Assembly: GCA_964016885.1 (NCBI GenBank) | Contig: OZ024741.1 | Location: 162,688,001 to 162,752,000, forward strand | DNA: 64,000 nucleotides | DNA from: Eledone cirrhosa | Lineage: Eukaryota | Direction: 5' to 3' | In this document: one piece after another, positions 26,523 to 41,564 of the stretch | How positions within the stretch are numbered: the first letter of the stretch is position 1 | How the letters are laid out: each line of letters opens with the position of its first letter | Notes under the pieces: generated by a model | Databases searched by the model: none | What the model saw: only the letters and a program-made list of their open reading frames with translations | Told to the model about the DNA's origin: nothing | Position numbers and translations under genes: made by a program

Positions 26523-28899
26523 ACTGGTCCGACGCTCTAATGATTCTTCCAATCTGCCACCTGAAGTTTAAGAAATAATAGGAATATTTTTAGAGAACAG
26601 CACCTTTCTGTACATAACATGTATTTGAAATCTTGCTAACATTTAGAACTATTGTTATTCTTTTGATTCGCGATGTCTTTAGATATTACTCATTTCAAAA
26701 ACATTAGCAACCTATGCGAAGCATAATTGAAATACTGGCAAAAAGATGTTTACATAACAATTAATAGGAAATTGTTTCGTTATATATTTCATTTGCTGGC
26801 GCTTATAATGAAAGCAGAATAAATTGTTTTACGTGAGTATATTAATAAGTGACGAAATGGCAGTCATTAGAACGTTAGATATACTGTTTTGCGGTATTAG
26901 TTCTATCTCTCTGCGCTCTGAGTTCAAATCCCGCTGAGGTCAACATTGTCCTTCATCCTTTCGTGGTCGATAAAAAGGTAACGGTTCAGTATTAGGTTAG
27001 ATTCTTCCTCTTTTTCTTACTCTTCTTTCTCACCACATCTCCTCCTTCTCTTGAAGAAATAGACTGTATTTAGACCTGGTGTGGGATGGGTTCCGCCAGG
27101 TTTAAAATGCCCAAGAAACGCCGCATGCCCTTACGGAATCCCTACGACTGTAGCAGGAGTTACAGGTCCATACATACATATAGTGACTATAGTTTCATAG
27201 TTACCACTATATATTAACAGACTATACAGCACATGTGTCTCCAGCATTCCTAGTATATTTATAGGCACCCCTGGCAAAAACACACACGATGACAGCTAGT
27301 ATTACGTGTTATAAGTAACTTTGTATATTTTTTACTATTGCTTCAATAACGTTAATTATTTTGTTATATATTACTTAGTTTGTTACATTACTCTGCGTCA
27401 CTAGTGAGTAATCTATAACTTAGTTTCTTACGTATATTGAACAAAAAAGTTGTAACCACCACCACCACCACCACCACTGTGCACACTCGCACACTCACAC
27501 TTACATACATATAACTATGTACCAGCAATTTGAAAATGTTTCCTCCCACTAGTTCTGTTGGCATAAGATTAACGGAAAACATCCATATTTGACTAAGATG
27601 GAAAGATGTCAGGTGTCAATTATTTATTGAATAACGTCATAATCTATTTTGATATAATGCGTACAGTTATTCAGAATCACTGGTGCAGGATTTCAATATG
27701 TAAGCCAGAGCTTAGCAATTGTATTTTGGAAAAGAATAAAGAAACGATTTAGTCATAAGATTACTTCATTCGTATGTGAGAGAATTTGATCTGAAATACT
27801 GTACATCAGAAAACTATACATCAACTTCCATCTTTCTGTATTTAAGCTTTTCGCAAAATCTCCCCCTGTCTAGTAAATTAGGTGACAGATGCTTAGTGAC
27901 TCTTCCAATTCATAGTAAAAACAAGTGACACAGTATGAACTCAATTCCTGACGCAAAAATCCAACACTTTATCTAGTCGAGCTTTGCAACTTATTATTGT
28001 GAGATGTTAAGGCAATGAGGTGGTTAGTAGTAGAGTATTTAACCATTTTGATATCAAACCGTCTGAAATCGTTGATGATTCTACACTAAAAAAAATTCGT
28101 GTTTTTAAGTATTTATATTTTTAAAAGCTTTCCATCATAATTTTATGGACATACTTTTGTTTAGGTTTGTTTTAAAATCTAGCTCATAAATGTTTCTAAT
28201 AGTGATACTTTATTTTATTGATCCCAGAAGGATGAAAAGCAAATTTGACAGCGGTGGGATTTGAACTGAGAAGGGCCATAACTAAATGCTACAAAACCTT
28301 TTGTCCAATGCTCTGATGATTCTGCCAATCCACCACCATACTCTAGTTTAATAATGGTTTCTTATTTAGGCAAAAGGCTAGCAAATTTTGGGGAGGGGAA
28401 AGTCGATTAAATCGACGTAACCTCAGCGTAACTCTATGCTGCAGAGCATGGTGTCCTACGCTCTACCGATACTGCCAATTCACCACCATACTCTAGCTTA
28501 ATAAGGAGAAAGTAACTTATTTCAATTAGTCCCTTTAAATTATTTATTATTTTCAAAATTATTTGAAAATGATAGGTAGTGATTTTCATAAGAAATAAGG
28601 AAACAAAAGAGTTAAATACATTTCAGTATTTAGTCTCAAATTTCTACTGTCTAAGTATAGTTCCATCGGGTACAATTTTATAATTCATAGTTAAAAGAGT
28701 TACTAGGCATATACTGGGTCGCTTCGTTTTCTTCTAACTCCAGCCATGTATTGGCTTTATTTAAATGTGAAATCATCTATATTCAGTTAAATCACGTTCG
28801 AAAATATATCTATATACCTTTATGTCGTTGGTGTCACAATAATTGCAAAATAAACGATTTGTCTTAACGCAAACCCTTTATATTAAAGGTTATGAAATC

Positions 28900-31800
28900 C
28901 CAAACTAAATTAAGAAGTCTATCTAGCTGCGTACTGCAGCTTCCTTAAACCGCAGCTCGGCAGAACATGAAAGCTTCAGCCTACGTGATGATGGGCAGAT
29001 ATGGAAGTTTGTTAAGGCTGGTGAAACATGGAAAAGAGATACCAGTTGGTCTGAAAACACTGACCCACAACAACTGACAATAAAAAAACTGAAAAAACTG
29101 GGAAACTAAATCAGAACAACCTGCCATCCTCTGCACACAATCATATACTGGAATCAAGGTACAAATTGTTGTCCTTGAATGCACGTAGTCTATGCAATAA
29201 GATTCATCTTTTTGACTCCTACGTCAAAAGTATCAACCCTGACTTCATTACAGTCACGGAAACTTGGGCACATCCCTTACTCTGTGATGGGGTTTTCAGC
29301 ATAACTGGCTACAACGTGTTTCGTAACCGCACTAATCGTCGTGGTGGTGGTGTAATGGTCTACGTTCGGTCAAATTTGTCGGCAATTCCTTGTGTTGATT
29401 TGAACCAATCACAGCAGGAAGTTTTTTCTGCGATATACGTATGACCATGTCAACACTGCTACTTGGAGTCGTTTATCGTCCCCCAAATTACCATCAGGAC
29501 ACTCAACTTTGTGATATCCTCAGAGCTGCTGCCAGGAAAACAGTCACTTATGTTTTTATTGCAGGAGACTTCAATCCCCCTGAGATTGACTAGGAAACCT
29601 TTCGTTGGCCGCCAAGTGCAAATGACTTCCTTGAGCTAGTGCTGGACTCGAATTGGTCCCAAGTAGTCACCTCCCCAACAAGAGGTGACAACACTTTGGA
29701 CCTACTCTTCACCACTACTCCTGAAACGGTCATTAGTGTTACTGCTGAGGAACCTTTAGGTGACTCTGATTATGCTATGATCATTGCCAATCTATCCCTA
29801 TGGGCAGTAACAAGAACCACAACTGTTCACTTTGACTGGAATAAAGCAGACTGGAATTGTTACTGCATCGAGCTGCAACGTCCAAACTTGCTTGAGTTCT
29901 ACGACTCTGGAGATGTCAACATTGTACTCCAGAACATCCTGAGCTCAATATGGACAGCATGTGCAGCATCGGTGCCACTTAAGCGGAAAAAACATCCCAA
30001 AAGTGCAATTTGGGAGACTGCAGCAGTCCGTCTTGCCAGAAAAGAACGTCGCAATGCTGAACGTGAGTACAAACTGCACAAGTCAGACATCAATAGGAAG
30101 AGGCGAAATAAATCTTCCAACCACCTCGAACAGGTGACAAAAAAGGCGGTGCTTCAATTTGAGCAGCACATAGCAACCAGCCCTGACAGTAAGGTGTTCT
30201 GGAAGTATGTTCACTCAAAGCAGAGGCCTCACTCTCCAGTTGGTCCTCTTCACAATCCCCACAGAAGCCAGGTTACTGACGGCCCCAAGGAATGCGCAGA
30301 GCTCATTGCTGAATGCTATGCAGGCATTTTCACTATTGAAGACCATAGTGTACCGTCTCCACCACCTGTGACACCGGACTCTATTACAACCATGGAATTT
30401 ACACCTGCAATGCTGCGACGTCACCTAAAAAATAAACGCAACCATGCCTCTCCTGGTCTTGATGGTGTTACGTACCTGCTTCTTAAACGTGGTGGGTACT
30501 TACTTCTGCACCAGCTATCACGCTTCTTCCAATTCTGTCTGAACAACGGTGCTACTCCAGAACAGTGGAAAACTGCCAGTATCATTCCTCTGTTCAAAAA
30601 GGGTGACCGCACATTACTTGTAAACTATCGTTCAGTCATTCTTACTAGTTGCATTGCCAAACTGATGGAATCCTGTGTCAGAGAAACACTTTGGAACTTC
30701 TGGAACTCTCACAATCTTATCCGGCCCTCGCAATTTGGATTTATCCACAACTCCAGCTGCTGTGGTCAACTTATCGAGTTTCTTGAAGACATCACCCGGA
30801 TCACTGATGGCGGCTCATGGGTGGATGTTGTTTACCTTGACTTTGTGAAAGCTTTCAATTCTGTGCCACACAAAAGGCTTATGGCAAAACTCTCTGCAAT
30901 GGGTGTGAAGGATGATCTTTTTAACTGGTTGAAGTCCTTCATTCTCAGTCGAAGAGAGGTAGTCACGGTTCTGGGACAGCATTCCTCACCATATGAGATG
31001 TCATCTGGTGTACCACAGGGATCTGTTCTTGGCCCTCTTTTGTTTGTGGCATATATTAATGACATAGATGCCAACTTAAAGAATGCCACAGTACTAAAGT
31101 ACGAAGATGACATCAAGCTGTACCTTGAGATAAAAAGGACAGATCCTGAACACTATAGATCTTGCTTGCAGTCTGACCTCGACACAATGCAACAATGGAT
31201 CTCAGACTGGCAACTCAAGCTAGCTGTGGACAAGTGCACCACCATGCATTTTGGGAGTAAAATCCCAGCGTCCACATACTCCCTCCACAGCACTAATATC
31301 AAGAAGTCTGGGCATTACGGTCAGCAGTGATTTACGTTGGACGAAGCACGTCTCTAAAATTGTCAGCAAGACCTTTGTCAGCCGCTCTCCAGCTATCTAT
31401 TTAAGGCTGTACATAGCTATGGTGCGGCCACACTTAGAATTTGCATCACCAGTCTGGAACCCCTATCTTGCTCAGAACATTGACCGCCTGGAAACTGTTC
31501 AGAGACGTACAACCAAGCGAATATCCTCCATCAGGCATCTACCATACTCTGAACGCATTGCTTCTCTGGCATGGATACATTGAAGCTCCGAATCCTGGCA
31601 ACTGACTTGGTAAACACCCACAAAATTGTTAACCATCTTGCCAACAACAACCCTGAGTACCTTTTTGATTTCCATGTGTCTAACACACGTGGACATGCCC
31701 ACAAAGTCAGAAAACAGCACAGTTCCCATGACTTTCGGAAACATTTTTGCACGCTCAGAGTTGTTGAAGCATGGAACAAACTACCTGCATCAGTTGTTAG

Positions 31801-32020
31801 TTGTCGAGACACTGCATCCTTTAAAACCTCCACGCTTCCCGAGATTCACCAACACTACACCTAATGTTCCCCCTCCATACACATACACACATGTATATCA
31901 TGACTCATACACTATTCGCTTCCCTGACATTTGTATATTATTCTATGTACTATACATGCACCTTTGACGAGTTGTAGTGCACCTGAGCACTTTACACAAT
32001 AATTTCATTATTATTATAAT
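28900..32020 (+). mobile_element. CR1-clade LINE, near-complete but disrupted ORF2 plus 3' UTR and (ATT)n tail
   Basis: APE (SLNARSL, VTETW, GGGVMVYV, GDFN, TRGDNTLDL), RT and C-terminal VRPHLEFASPVWNPY; tail at ~32005-32020; 5' boundary approximate. Confidence 0.92.
29166..31864 (+). pseudogene. CR1 ORF2 (APE endonuclease-reverse transcriptase), frameshifted
   Basis: ORFs 29166..29444, 29639..31330, 31251..31583 and 31571..31864; YLDFVKAFNSVPH, SGVPQGSVLGP, and YEDD in place of YADD. Confidence 0.9.
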
Positions 32021-34481
32021 TTCACCATCCAGTCGTAGGGCTACTAACGATGACTTTGCAAACAGGATTTCCAATACACAAAACTCTTGACCTATACAAA
32101 GATTTGATCTCAGAATTACAAAGCTAGTAGATTACAGTAAACTAATTATTGCTCATACAACACAGAGCAATGACCAATATCTAATCCATGATATTATTTA
32201 GAACCTAATAGACTGGATTTCCAGATTCAAATAAAGTTAACACTTCACAATGTTCCTAAATTTAAATGTAGCTAACATAGACCAAACTTCACAGTATTCC
32301 AATATTCAAAAGTAGTTGACTTAGACTATACTTCACAATGTCACAGCATTTAAATGTAGTTAACATATACATACTTAAAGTATTCCAAAATTTAAATGTA
32401 GCTAATATAAACTATACTCTATAGTATTGTTTTATCATTTCACCAAGATTACATTATACAGGTGATGAAATTTTAGTATCTGATTTAATATCAAGATAAA
32501 TTCTTTTCTGTCATACATTTAATGTAGTTTGAATACATTTTAGAATTATTGTACCATTCACATAGTAAAGAGTTAAAATTAGAGACCCGAAGTAATATGT
32601 GTAGTGGAATAAGAGGTAAGTTCTTAGCATGCTGAGAATATTTTGCTGATTATGGCGAAACACATTTTCCATTACCTCTCTAAAATATGTGTCTGGAGAA
32701 AAAGGAACCGTAACATTACACATAGACGTATGCGTGCAGATATATTTTTCAAACTTTAAAATAAAAATCATTGGAAAAAATGATAGTTACTGCTAGTCTA
32801 GCAGATGAGTAGTCTTCTTCGAATTCAGTCAGAAATATCTTGCATTCTGGTCGATACATAACTTTCTTTGATCATGTTTTACTCGCTGTAAATAAATGCT
32901 ACGTTGTATGTAAGTCCATAATTAATCGTGTCAGGGACATCGTACATGGGGTTCGTTCCACCATCTTACAGAACGTAATTAATTTTCTATCGGTCAAATA
33001 TATAATTGACTGGTGTCTTATCCAGTGAAACGTGTATCTAACAATAGTTTAATAGGCTTAACATCATAAATATTTGAACTAGCTTCTTCACATCACACTG
33101 CTCTTGGTATTGCTGATGGATAAAAAGTAGAAAAAATAAAATAGAGTTCTAATAGCATATATGAGTTGATTTTATGTAGTTATAGGTAATTTAGTAATGT
33201 TGTCTACACCTAAATTGTCATAGAACAACCAAATGATTTCTGTTTTCTAAATGTTATTCCTTTGATATGTCATCCCATGTGCTCTTGACTTCCGATGTAG
33301 TTTTAGAGGCATTGGCGTGACACACGGTGTATCTTGAGTATTTGAACCTCCTCTAGTCGGAACATGAACAACTTATTCCAGAGAAAGAGAGGGCGAAAGT
33401 GGGAGAGACGGTGGCAGTATCAACCCCAGTACAGGATTGCTACTTCATCTATTAATCTCGAATGGATGAAAGAAAAAGAAGACAGGATTTAAATTCAGAG
33501 CGCAGAGAGCCGACACGAAGATTGTAAAACACAATATCCGACATTCTAACGACTGTGACAATTTGCCGCCTTTCCGTATTGAAATTTGCCAAAATAAAAA
33601 TATTCAAAATATTCATATTTTATTTTAACAACTTTTGAAGGTAAATCAATTTTCAGTTGAGATATCACATTTAAAAACTTCGTGTTTATTAAAAACATTA
33701 TATAACTGAATTGTTTTATTAGTGTCAAAGTTGTACCCGTGTCGACTTTATATGGTTAGTATAAAAACACAGAATTTGGTAAAAAGAAACGACAAAACAA
33801 AGAGAAAACACTACTGTTTCCTTGCTCAAGTACGTTAACTAAACAAACAAATAGAATCTTCAAGAAGCTACTTATCTTTTTCACATTTTTTTGTTAACAA
33901 ATATTAATTTCTTACACTGACACAAGGTTATCCGCAGGAGAAGAGTTATGTAGTCAATTGAACGAACCTCACTATATTATATAAATATAATCTGCAAAGC
34001 AATCACAGTTAAATGGGATTCTTTTGACTAGCACAAAGAACAAACATTAGGTGGAGGTCGACCACATTTGTATTGTATTATAATGCAGTTCATTAATTAT
34101 TATTATATAAAAAGAGTAATTTATTATTATGATTGGCACGATAAGTAGACCGGGGTGAGCTTTACCTTTCAACCTTACTAGATCGATAAAATAAAGTATT
34201 AGCAATAAAGTACTAGCAATAAAGTATTAGATTATATATAAAGTACTAGCAATAAAGTACTAGATTATATATAAGGTACTAGCAATAAAGTACTAGATTA
34301 TATATAAAGTATTAGCAATAAAGTACTAGATCATATATATATATATATATATATATAGTAATAATAATAAATTTGAAGACTAAAATCCAAAGAGGGCTCG
34401 ATAAGGATAAATATATAAGGGTGAAAGCACCGATTCTTTGCTTAAACTTTAATCTGTTATTTTAATATATATATATATAAT

Positions 34482-34540
34482 CTTCTACAGGGCTAGAACT
34501 GTTTCATTCGAAGGAAATCATCAGAAAATCCCTGTAGAAG
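34482..34540 (-). ncRNA. Hammerhead-like motif (family C)
   Basis: Minus: CTTCTACAGGG ATTTT CTGATGA TTTC CTTC GAAT GAAA CAGT TC TAG CCCTGTAGAAG. Intact core and an 11-bp distal stem, but weak core-proximal helix I; near (TA)n. Confidence 0.55.
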
Positions 34541-34748
34541 CCATTTATATATTAAATCTTGTATATACTCTATTAATGTATTGAGTAGCTTACTTACTGT
34601 GGTTACCCCCGATTGAACCCGGGACTCACATATATATATATATATTGGTATGTGGTTGACAGACGAGAGAAAAAAGTACTCAATACCGAAGTAGAGCAAT
34701 TTTGTGTGAGGGGGAAGTCGATTAAATCGACCCCTGTGCATTGCTAGT

Positions 34749-34796
<48 letters not shown>

Positions 34797-35516
34797 AAGT
34801 TATGAAACGAAAGGAGCTGTGTGGTTACTAAAAACAAGGTTTAGGATGGTGGTTAGGACGGAACAGAAGGAGAAAGGAAGAAAGGAGTTTCCATCGTCAG
34901 CTGTAAATGTTTCCCGAACCGATGTTTCGGCGCTGAATTACAGGACATCGGTGTAGTTCGGGTGCGCCCGAGGCCTTTTATTAATCAAAAGGCCAGGTGG
35001 AAAAGGAGAGAGAAAAAGAGAAAAAAAGGGAGAGAGAAAAGGAAAGAGAGGGAAAGGAGAAAGAATAGGGGGGGGGGGATAGATGAGGAGAGAGGAAGAA
35101 GGGGAAAAATAGGAAAGGAATAGAAGAAAAAAAAGTGTGCAGATCCCATCGTGGGAAGAAACAGGTGAAAGAAACACGCAAAAAAGTAACCGTGGAAAAA
35201 TCGGGAAAGTAAGTTGTGGCCAACCTGGGAGACTTTAGCCTGGTGGTCAGCTACGACTCAGAGCTGGTATAATCGTGCTGCCTCTCACATAGACAGGAGA
35301 AAGTGAGAGAGACACGGGCAACCAAAAGTGAGGAGGAGAAGGGAAAGGGAGATAATCCAGAAGGTTTTTTTTACGACGGTGGTAAAAACGTGCCGCAAAG
35401 ATTGCGGACAGAGAGGCCACCACGGCACGTGTAAATATGTCAACAACCAAAACCGAACGGATGGATAGAGAGAGAGAGAGAGAGGGAGGGAGAGAGAAAA
35501 AAAACGAGAGTGAGGA

Positions 35517-35562
<46 letters not shown>

Positions 35563-35564
35563 CC

Positions 35565-35815
35565 GAATAGTAAGGGTGTTGGGCTTATGATCATAATGTC
35601 ATGGGTTCGATTCCTAGGCTGTGTTGTGTTCTTGAGAAGAACACTTCATTTCACGTTGCTCCAGTATAGTCAGCTGGAAATGTGTACGAGCAATATCTGG
35701 TGGTTTACCCCTGCGATGGACTGAAGTCCTGTCCAGGGGAAGTCTTGTACTCTCAGTCGCTTCACGCCATGAAACTGGGATAAGCACCGGTTTAAGATTT
35801 CTGGTTTAAGACAGA
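35565..35815 (+). mobile_element. tRNA-derived SINE, second family
   Basis: Similar to 20107-20375. Confidence 0.75.
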
Positions 35816-35943
35816 CTTTTTAGATTAGATATCTAATGCAGTGAATGGTTCAATGGACACTTTAACCTATGTATGTATGACCATTGGCTTTCCTGTGTTA
35901 GTAATTTGACAGTTTTCTTTTAATTCTCTTTGTGATTACACAG

Positions 35944-36030
35944 ATTCTACCCGACTATATACCAGGAATATATTGGGTTACATGGTACCGATTGCAAGAA
36001 GAACATGACTTCATTTGACATGACAATTAA
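35944..36030 (+). other. Candidate 87-nt spliceosomal exon of an unidentified host gene
   Basis: Pyrimidine tract ending CACAG, donor GTAAGT, length divisible by 3, open in phase 2 (FYPTIYQEYIGLHGTDCKKNMTSFDMTI). Confidence 0.35.
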
Positions 36031-36460
36031 GTAAGTATACTGAGATAGAATCATCTGATCATATTTTCTTGCAAGCTAAAAAACCCCCCCAAAAAACGTC
36101 TTTGGGTTTACTACTTTCCAGAAAAAACCTATTTCTCTTCATTGTATTAAAGACTGCAAATTCTTATGTCAATTAACCTAAAATTAAAGGATGACATGAA
36201 AACTGCACATTGATTTATTAGGAAAAAGAAAGAAGCCGATTGTTAGATCTGATCGAGTCTTTCAATAGCTGATACTATATGCTGGTTGCAACTCCTAGTA
36301 TAAGCGTTGTAGCTTTTCCGGTGATATGAGCTGAAACTTGAATTCAGAACCCACAGAGTAGGAATAAATATCTCTTTAACAACTCTACTTCACCAATCGA
36401 CCACCCTTGGCTAGTATACCTGAAGATATTAAAAGTAGATCATTGAAGAACTCCGACAAA

Positions 36461-36491
<31 letters not shown>

Positions 36492-39400
36492 TAAAAAATC
36501 ATTAAAGGTTAAAAAATGAAGGCGGCGACAGAAAGAAAAGTTAAAGTAAATAAGTGAAAAATAACACATTCTATGTAAACAACGGTAGTTAAATCTGTTT
36601 TAATGCTTGCTTGCTAATATTTTTTTATTGAGTCAAAACTATCACCTTGTGAAAGTAAATGAGTACTAGACGCCTATAATATGTGACATTATCTTTCCTG
36701 ATGCTATTCCTGTCTCATGTTTTATTATTGCTTTGGGTTTTACCATTTTAAGGACAATAAAACAGCGTTCGAAAAACTACATTTGATATCTGTTAAAAAT
36801 CGTATCGGGTGAAAATTTCAAAGACATCCACGGACAGCTTTCCTGTTATTCAATTTAGAAACATATATTTCTATATGATTGCTAAACATCTTTGTAGACC
36901 GGATATTGACTCCGAAGAAACACAATGGCAGTACATACGCACAGAAACAAACACACACACATATACATACAGATATACAGATATACAGATATACATGCAT
37001 ACACAACGATACACGTACACATGTACGCACAAGCATATACAATTATCATATATATAAACTTACTTCGAGTGCAGTTTTCTGTGAACTAAACTTCGTTATA
37101 TGGTTCTCACCATTTACATAAACTTACATTCGTACACACATAGACATATAGGCGTATATGTATAGGGATTTATTAATAGCAATTTCCATATGAAAGTTAC
37201 CTGCAATGACCTGTTTGTAAATTACTGATTCACCAGTTCCTACACCCTCTTGACTTTTATACACTCACGTTTATCAACTATCGTATTTCCCGGCGCCGAA
37301 GACACTCCGTCCTCGTTGTAGAAATATTTTCTTAGGGAAAATACAAATAATATCTATGGAAGTTTCCAGAATAGGAAAATACGCAGGATGTTTATGCTCT
37401 GGATCACTAGTAAAAATTCTAATAAATTACCATTTGTAAAATCCATTGTTTTATTAATCACACACACACACTTTCTGTCGCTTTGTGTGTGAAACACAGA
37501 GTTACGATTCAAGAAGCTTCAGATTATAAAATAAACACATACATGCATATATATATATTTGTGTGTGTATCTGTATGTCTCATTTCCCAATAGCCATGTT
37601 TTAACAATAAACAATACAATATATATATATACATACGCCAGCATATATATATATAATATATATATATATATATAATATATATGGTCAACACTGTATAGCG
37701 TTGATTGGTTCATAGCAAACTGTAGCCGAAGCTAGACGGTTAATTTCATTTACGCCGAGAACGTTTTATTAGAAAAATGATCTGGGAAACGACCATCTGT
37801 AACGCACTGAAATGAAAATATTTCACCTTCAAAGTGGCCAGAAGTGCATATTTTATTTCAGTGTGAGGGAATTGGCTGAAGAATTTTGTGTTGAAGTGGT
37901 ATGATTAGAGTTTCGATTCGCATGGTTGTGCACCATTCTACTGCGGGGCAACCTGTCTTATACTACAACCTCGTATTAACGAATATTTCGTGAGTGAAAT
38001 TTTGTTGATCGGAAACTGAATTGAAGATATGCATACATACGCACATACATACATAAATATGTACATACATACATACATACACCCCGCCACATATATATAT
38101 ATGTATATATATGTTCAGAAGGTTACACATACATAGCTAGATGTTCGTCTGTTTCCTGTTATAAGTTCAAATCCTAGTTAACTTATTTTATCGAAACTCT
38201 GAGGATGATATAAATACTATTAAATAATATTACATACAGCTGGACTGACTGTGGTCCTCTCAGTCAATTATTTGCCTAGTTTTATAGAACACTAATTAGC
38301 CTGAATTTATTTCAAGTCTATCTTATGAAATCTTGAAACCTCGATGTTTTGTAAAGGTTTTGACCACATCAAATCGGTGGGATTTTTAACTGCTGATACA
38401 AATCTTAATAGCTCTAGTACTGATATAATAACGTTACACGAAGCTTAACGACTGAGGAAAACGTTGGTAATTGTCTTTTACTATAGCGAAGTGAAGACAA
38501 ATTTCATCGACGGTGACTATGTAGAAACTCGTCGATCAAAGTGATTATTCCTGTATTGTTTTGGTGGAGTTGATGTTGGTAGATTTAAACTATGCCCCGG
38601 CTTAATACTACTACATGGTTGTTAACTGCCTATACGGCGGCCACTCAGCTGTAAGCATTCAGGCCAGGTTTTCAGTCTGAGAATAAAATCCTTCATTCTT
38701 TCTGCTAGTATCGGAAATTCTAAAAATAGTCAATGGTGCTGTTCTTCTTCTGAGTAAAGAAAGAATCTACTTACCTGTAATTATTGTAAATGTACTACGC
38801 GCGTATTTGGTAATTGTGCGAACACTGTTATTAACAAATATGTCTAATTTATGCTACATTCATTCACATCATAGTTTTATTTCAATTGATTCTATCTCTA
38901 GCCCCACTTTATATAAATATAAATGATATTATAAATATATTGATTTTTAATTTAGGCGCATGGGCCGCAAATTTTGGGAAAGGGTAAAGTAGATTAAATC
39001 TACTCATATATCTGACTGGTAATTTAGAGGAAGAATCGACCTAGTAGTGGACTGGTACTTCTTATATCGACACCGTAAGGATGAAAGGCATAGTTGACCT
39101 CGGCGGGATTTAAACCAGAACGAATACATCAATGACTTTTTATTTGACGCTCTACCAATTCTGACAATCTACCACCCTGATATTACCAATATATGATTTG
39201 CGGGGAAGGTTACCCGTTTAAATTGACCCCAGTACTTGATTGTTACATCATCTTATCGATCTCTGAACGATTGAAGGCATAGTAAGCCTCGGCTGGATTT
39301 CAACTCAGTACATAAAAGCAGGTAATTAAAGACAGCTATCGATTTCGCTACTGCATTATCTTCATAAAAGATATCAATATATTGACGACAAAATAAAATT

Positions 39401-39589
39401 TGAAACAGAACTCTGGGTATTGGTTTTATTTACCGCACGGTTGGTAAATTTGACAAACATTATACACAACTTTACTTGTACATTTTTCTGTTGTGTCTTA
39501 CTTAATTCGGAGTTTCACCAAATCTGGTTTGATTTGTAGGTTTTTATGAATTTTGCAATTTACTATTTAAGGTATTAATATAGATAATA

Positions 39590-39727
39590 CTAGCAGAATG
39601 GCCGGCGTTGCTCGGGATTTGCTCTACGGTTCTTATATATTTGATATATATTTGTCCTTATCAAGCCTCGTGAAATAAATACGTTTGTTTATATTTTGTT
39701 ACTGTGTATGCAAAAATATCTGTACAC

Positions 39728-39807
<80 letters not shown>

Positions 39808-40177
39808 ACAGAAAAGTACGGAATACCTCGGCCTCGGGATGGTGTGTACATTTTGTGCTTATAAAAAATTCGTCGTAGATTACCAGGGTTTTTTTTCCGT
39901 GCGAAGATAATCAATACTTTATCTCGAAATAAATACTTTTGTTTATATTTCGTTATTGTGTATGCAAAAATATCTGTACACGAATATATAATTATATATA
40001 TATATATATATATATATAAATACATTATCGGAGAAAGCTTTTTAGCGATACTCCGGTCAAATTCCAACTCTCTCAACAAACATTAGGAAATAAGTGAGTA
40101 TATTCCTAATTATGCGTTCGGGGTGCTAACTAAATGTATTGTGTGGAAAATTGGCTGTATTATTTCATATGAGACAT

Positions 40178-40232
<55 letters not shown>

Positions 40233-40875
40233 CAGTACAGAGGAGTACGGAATACCTCGGCCTCGGGATGGTGTCTACATTTTGTGCTTATAAAAAAAAT
40301 TCGTCGTAGATTACCAGGGTTTTTTCCTTGCGAAGAAAATCAATATTTTATCGTGAAATAAATACTTTTGTTTATATTTTGTTATTGTGTATGCAAAAAT
40401 AGCTGTACACGAATATATAATTATATATATATATGTATGTATTAAAATAACAGATTAAAGTTTAAGCAAAGAATCGCTGCTTTCACCCTTAACGGGATCT
40501 ACTGAAACTAAAAAAAATCAATCTGTAAACGCAGAAGTAAATATTTCGAAAAACGTTACACACTATATATATATATACACACACACTATATATATACATA
40601 CACACACACACACACCGCGTCATAATGTCGTAATGCAGACAGCCAGACATACAGACATATTATAAGAGCGCAACGTTATATCTATGTATATATCTAAAAA
40701 GAGAAAGACTAAGAATTATAGAGAGAGATCGCTCAATCACCTAATTAGGGCATTGAAAAACACTCACAGGACCATAAGTATTACATGTGTAAAGTTTGAA
40801 AACAATCGGTTGGGTGGTTCTCGAGTTTTAGTGAGCTGACAGACAGACAGACATTCTCTGTTTTAGATATATAGA
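39590..40875 (-). mobile_element. Non-autonomous Helitron-like element with internal repeats
   Basis: Minus 5' A|TCTATATATCTAAAAC..(TCTG)n and 3' CCCGAGCAACGCCGG..CTAG|T; internal ~180-bp direct repeats (39805-39990, 40235-40420). Confidence 0.7.
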
Positions 40876-40890
40876 TAATACATATGTATG

Positions 40891-40963
<73 letters not shown>

Positions 40964-40986
40964 TATATATATATATATATATGTAT

Positions 40987-41017
<31 letters not shown>

Positions 41018-41037
41018 TATATACATATATATATATG

Positions 41038-41085
<48 letters not shown>

Positions 41086-41276
41086 CCAATACCATATATA
41101 TGTATATATCATATCGTAATATATATCTAATATTGTTTTCAACGGAAACATGTCTACACATGTTGGATGAGGGAAATAATCAATGAAATCTACAGTAGTG
41201 CACTTGATTGGGACTAATTTTATCGATCTCTCAATAATAATACATACACACACACACACACACGCACACATATATA

Positions 41277-41326
<50 letters not shown>

Positions 41327-41564
41327 GCGCGTGTGTGTGCGTTTGTGTATAGAACAATGAAAACAGACGTCAGGCGTAGGTAGATAGATAGTTCATTTTT
41401 TTATGATCGTTTCAGAGGGTCGATTGATCGATGGAGATCGATGTATCGACTAGCATGGTAGCGGTTAAGTTAGTATCTATTTCTAGTTTCAAAATCCCTG
41501 CTCAATTGGCCGTCTTCCGCAACTACATAGAAACATACACTCACATATACACGCATACACACAT

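Noticed and set aside
41140-41160. GAAA-CATG-TC, the 3' half of a minimal HHR
   Set aside because: No CTGANGA or helix II upstream; at most a truncated remnant.
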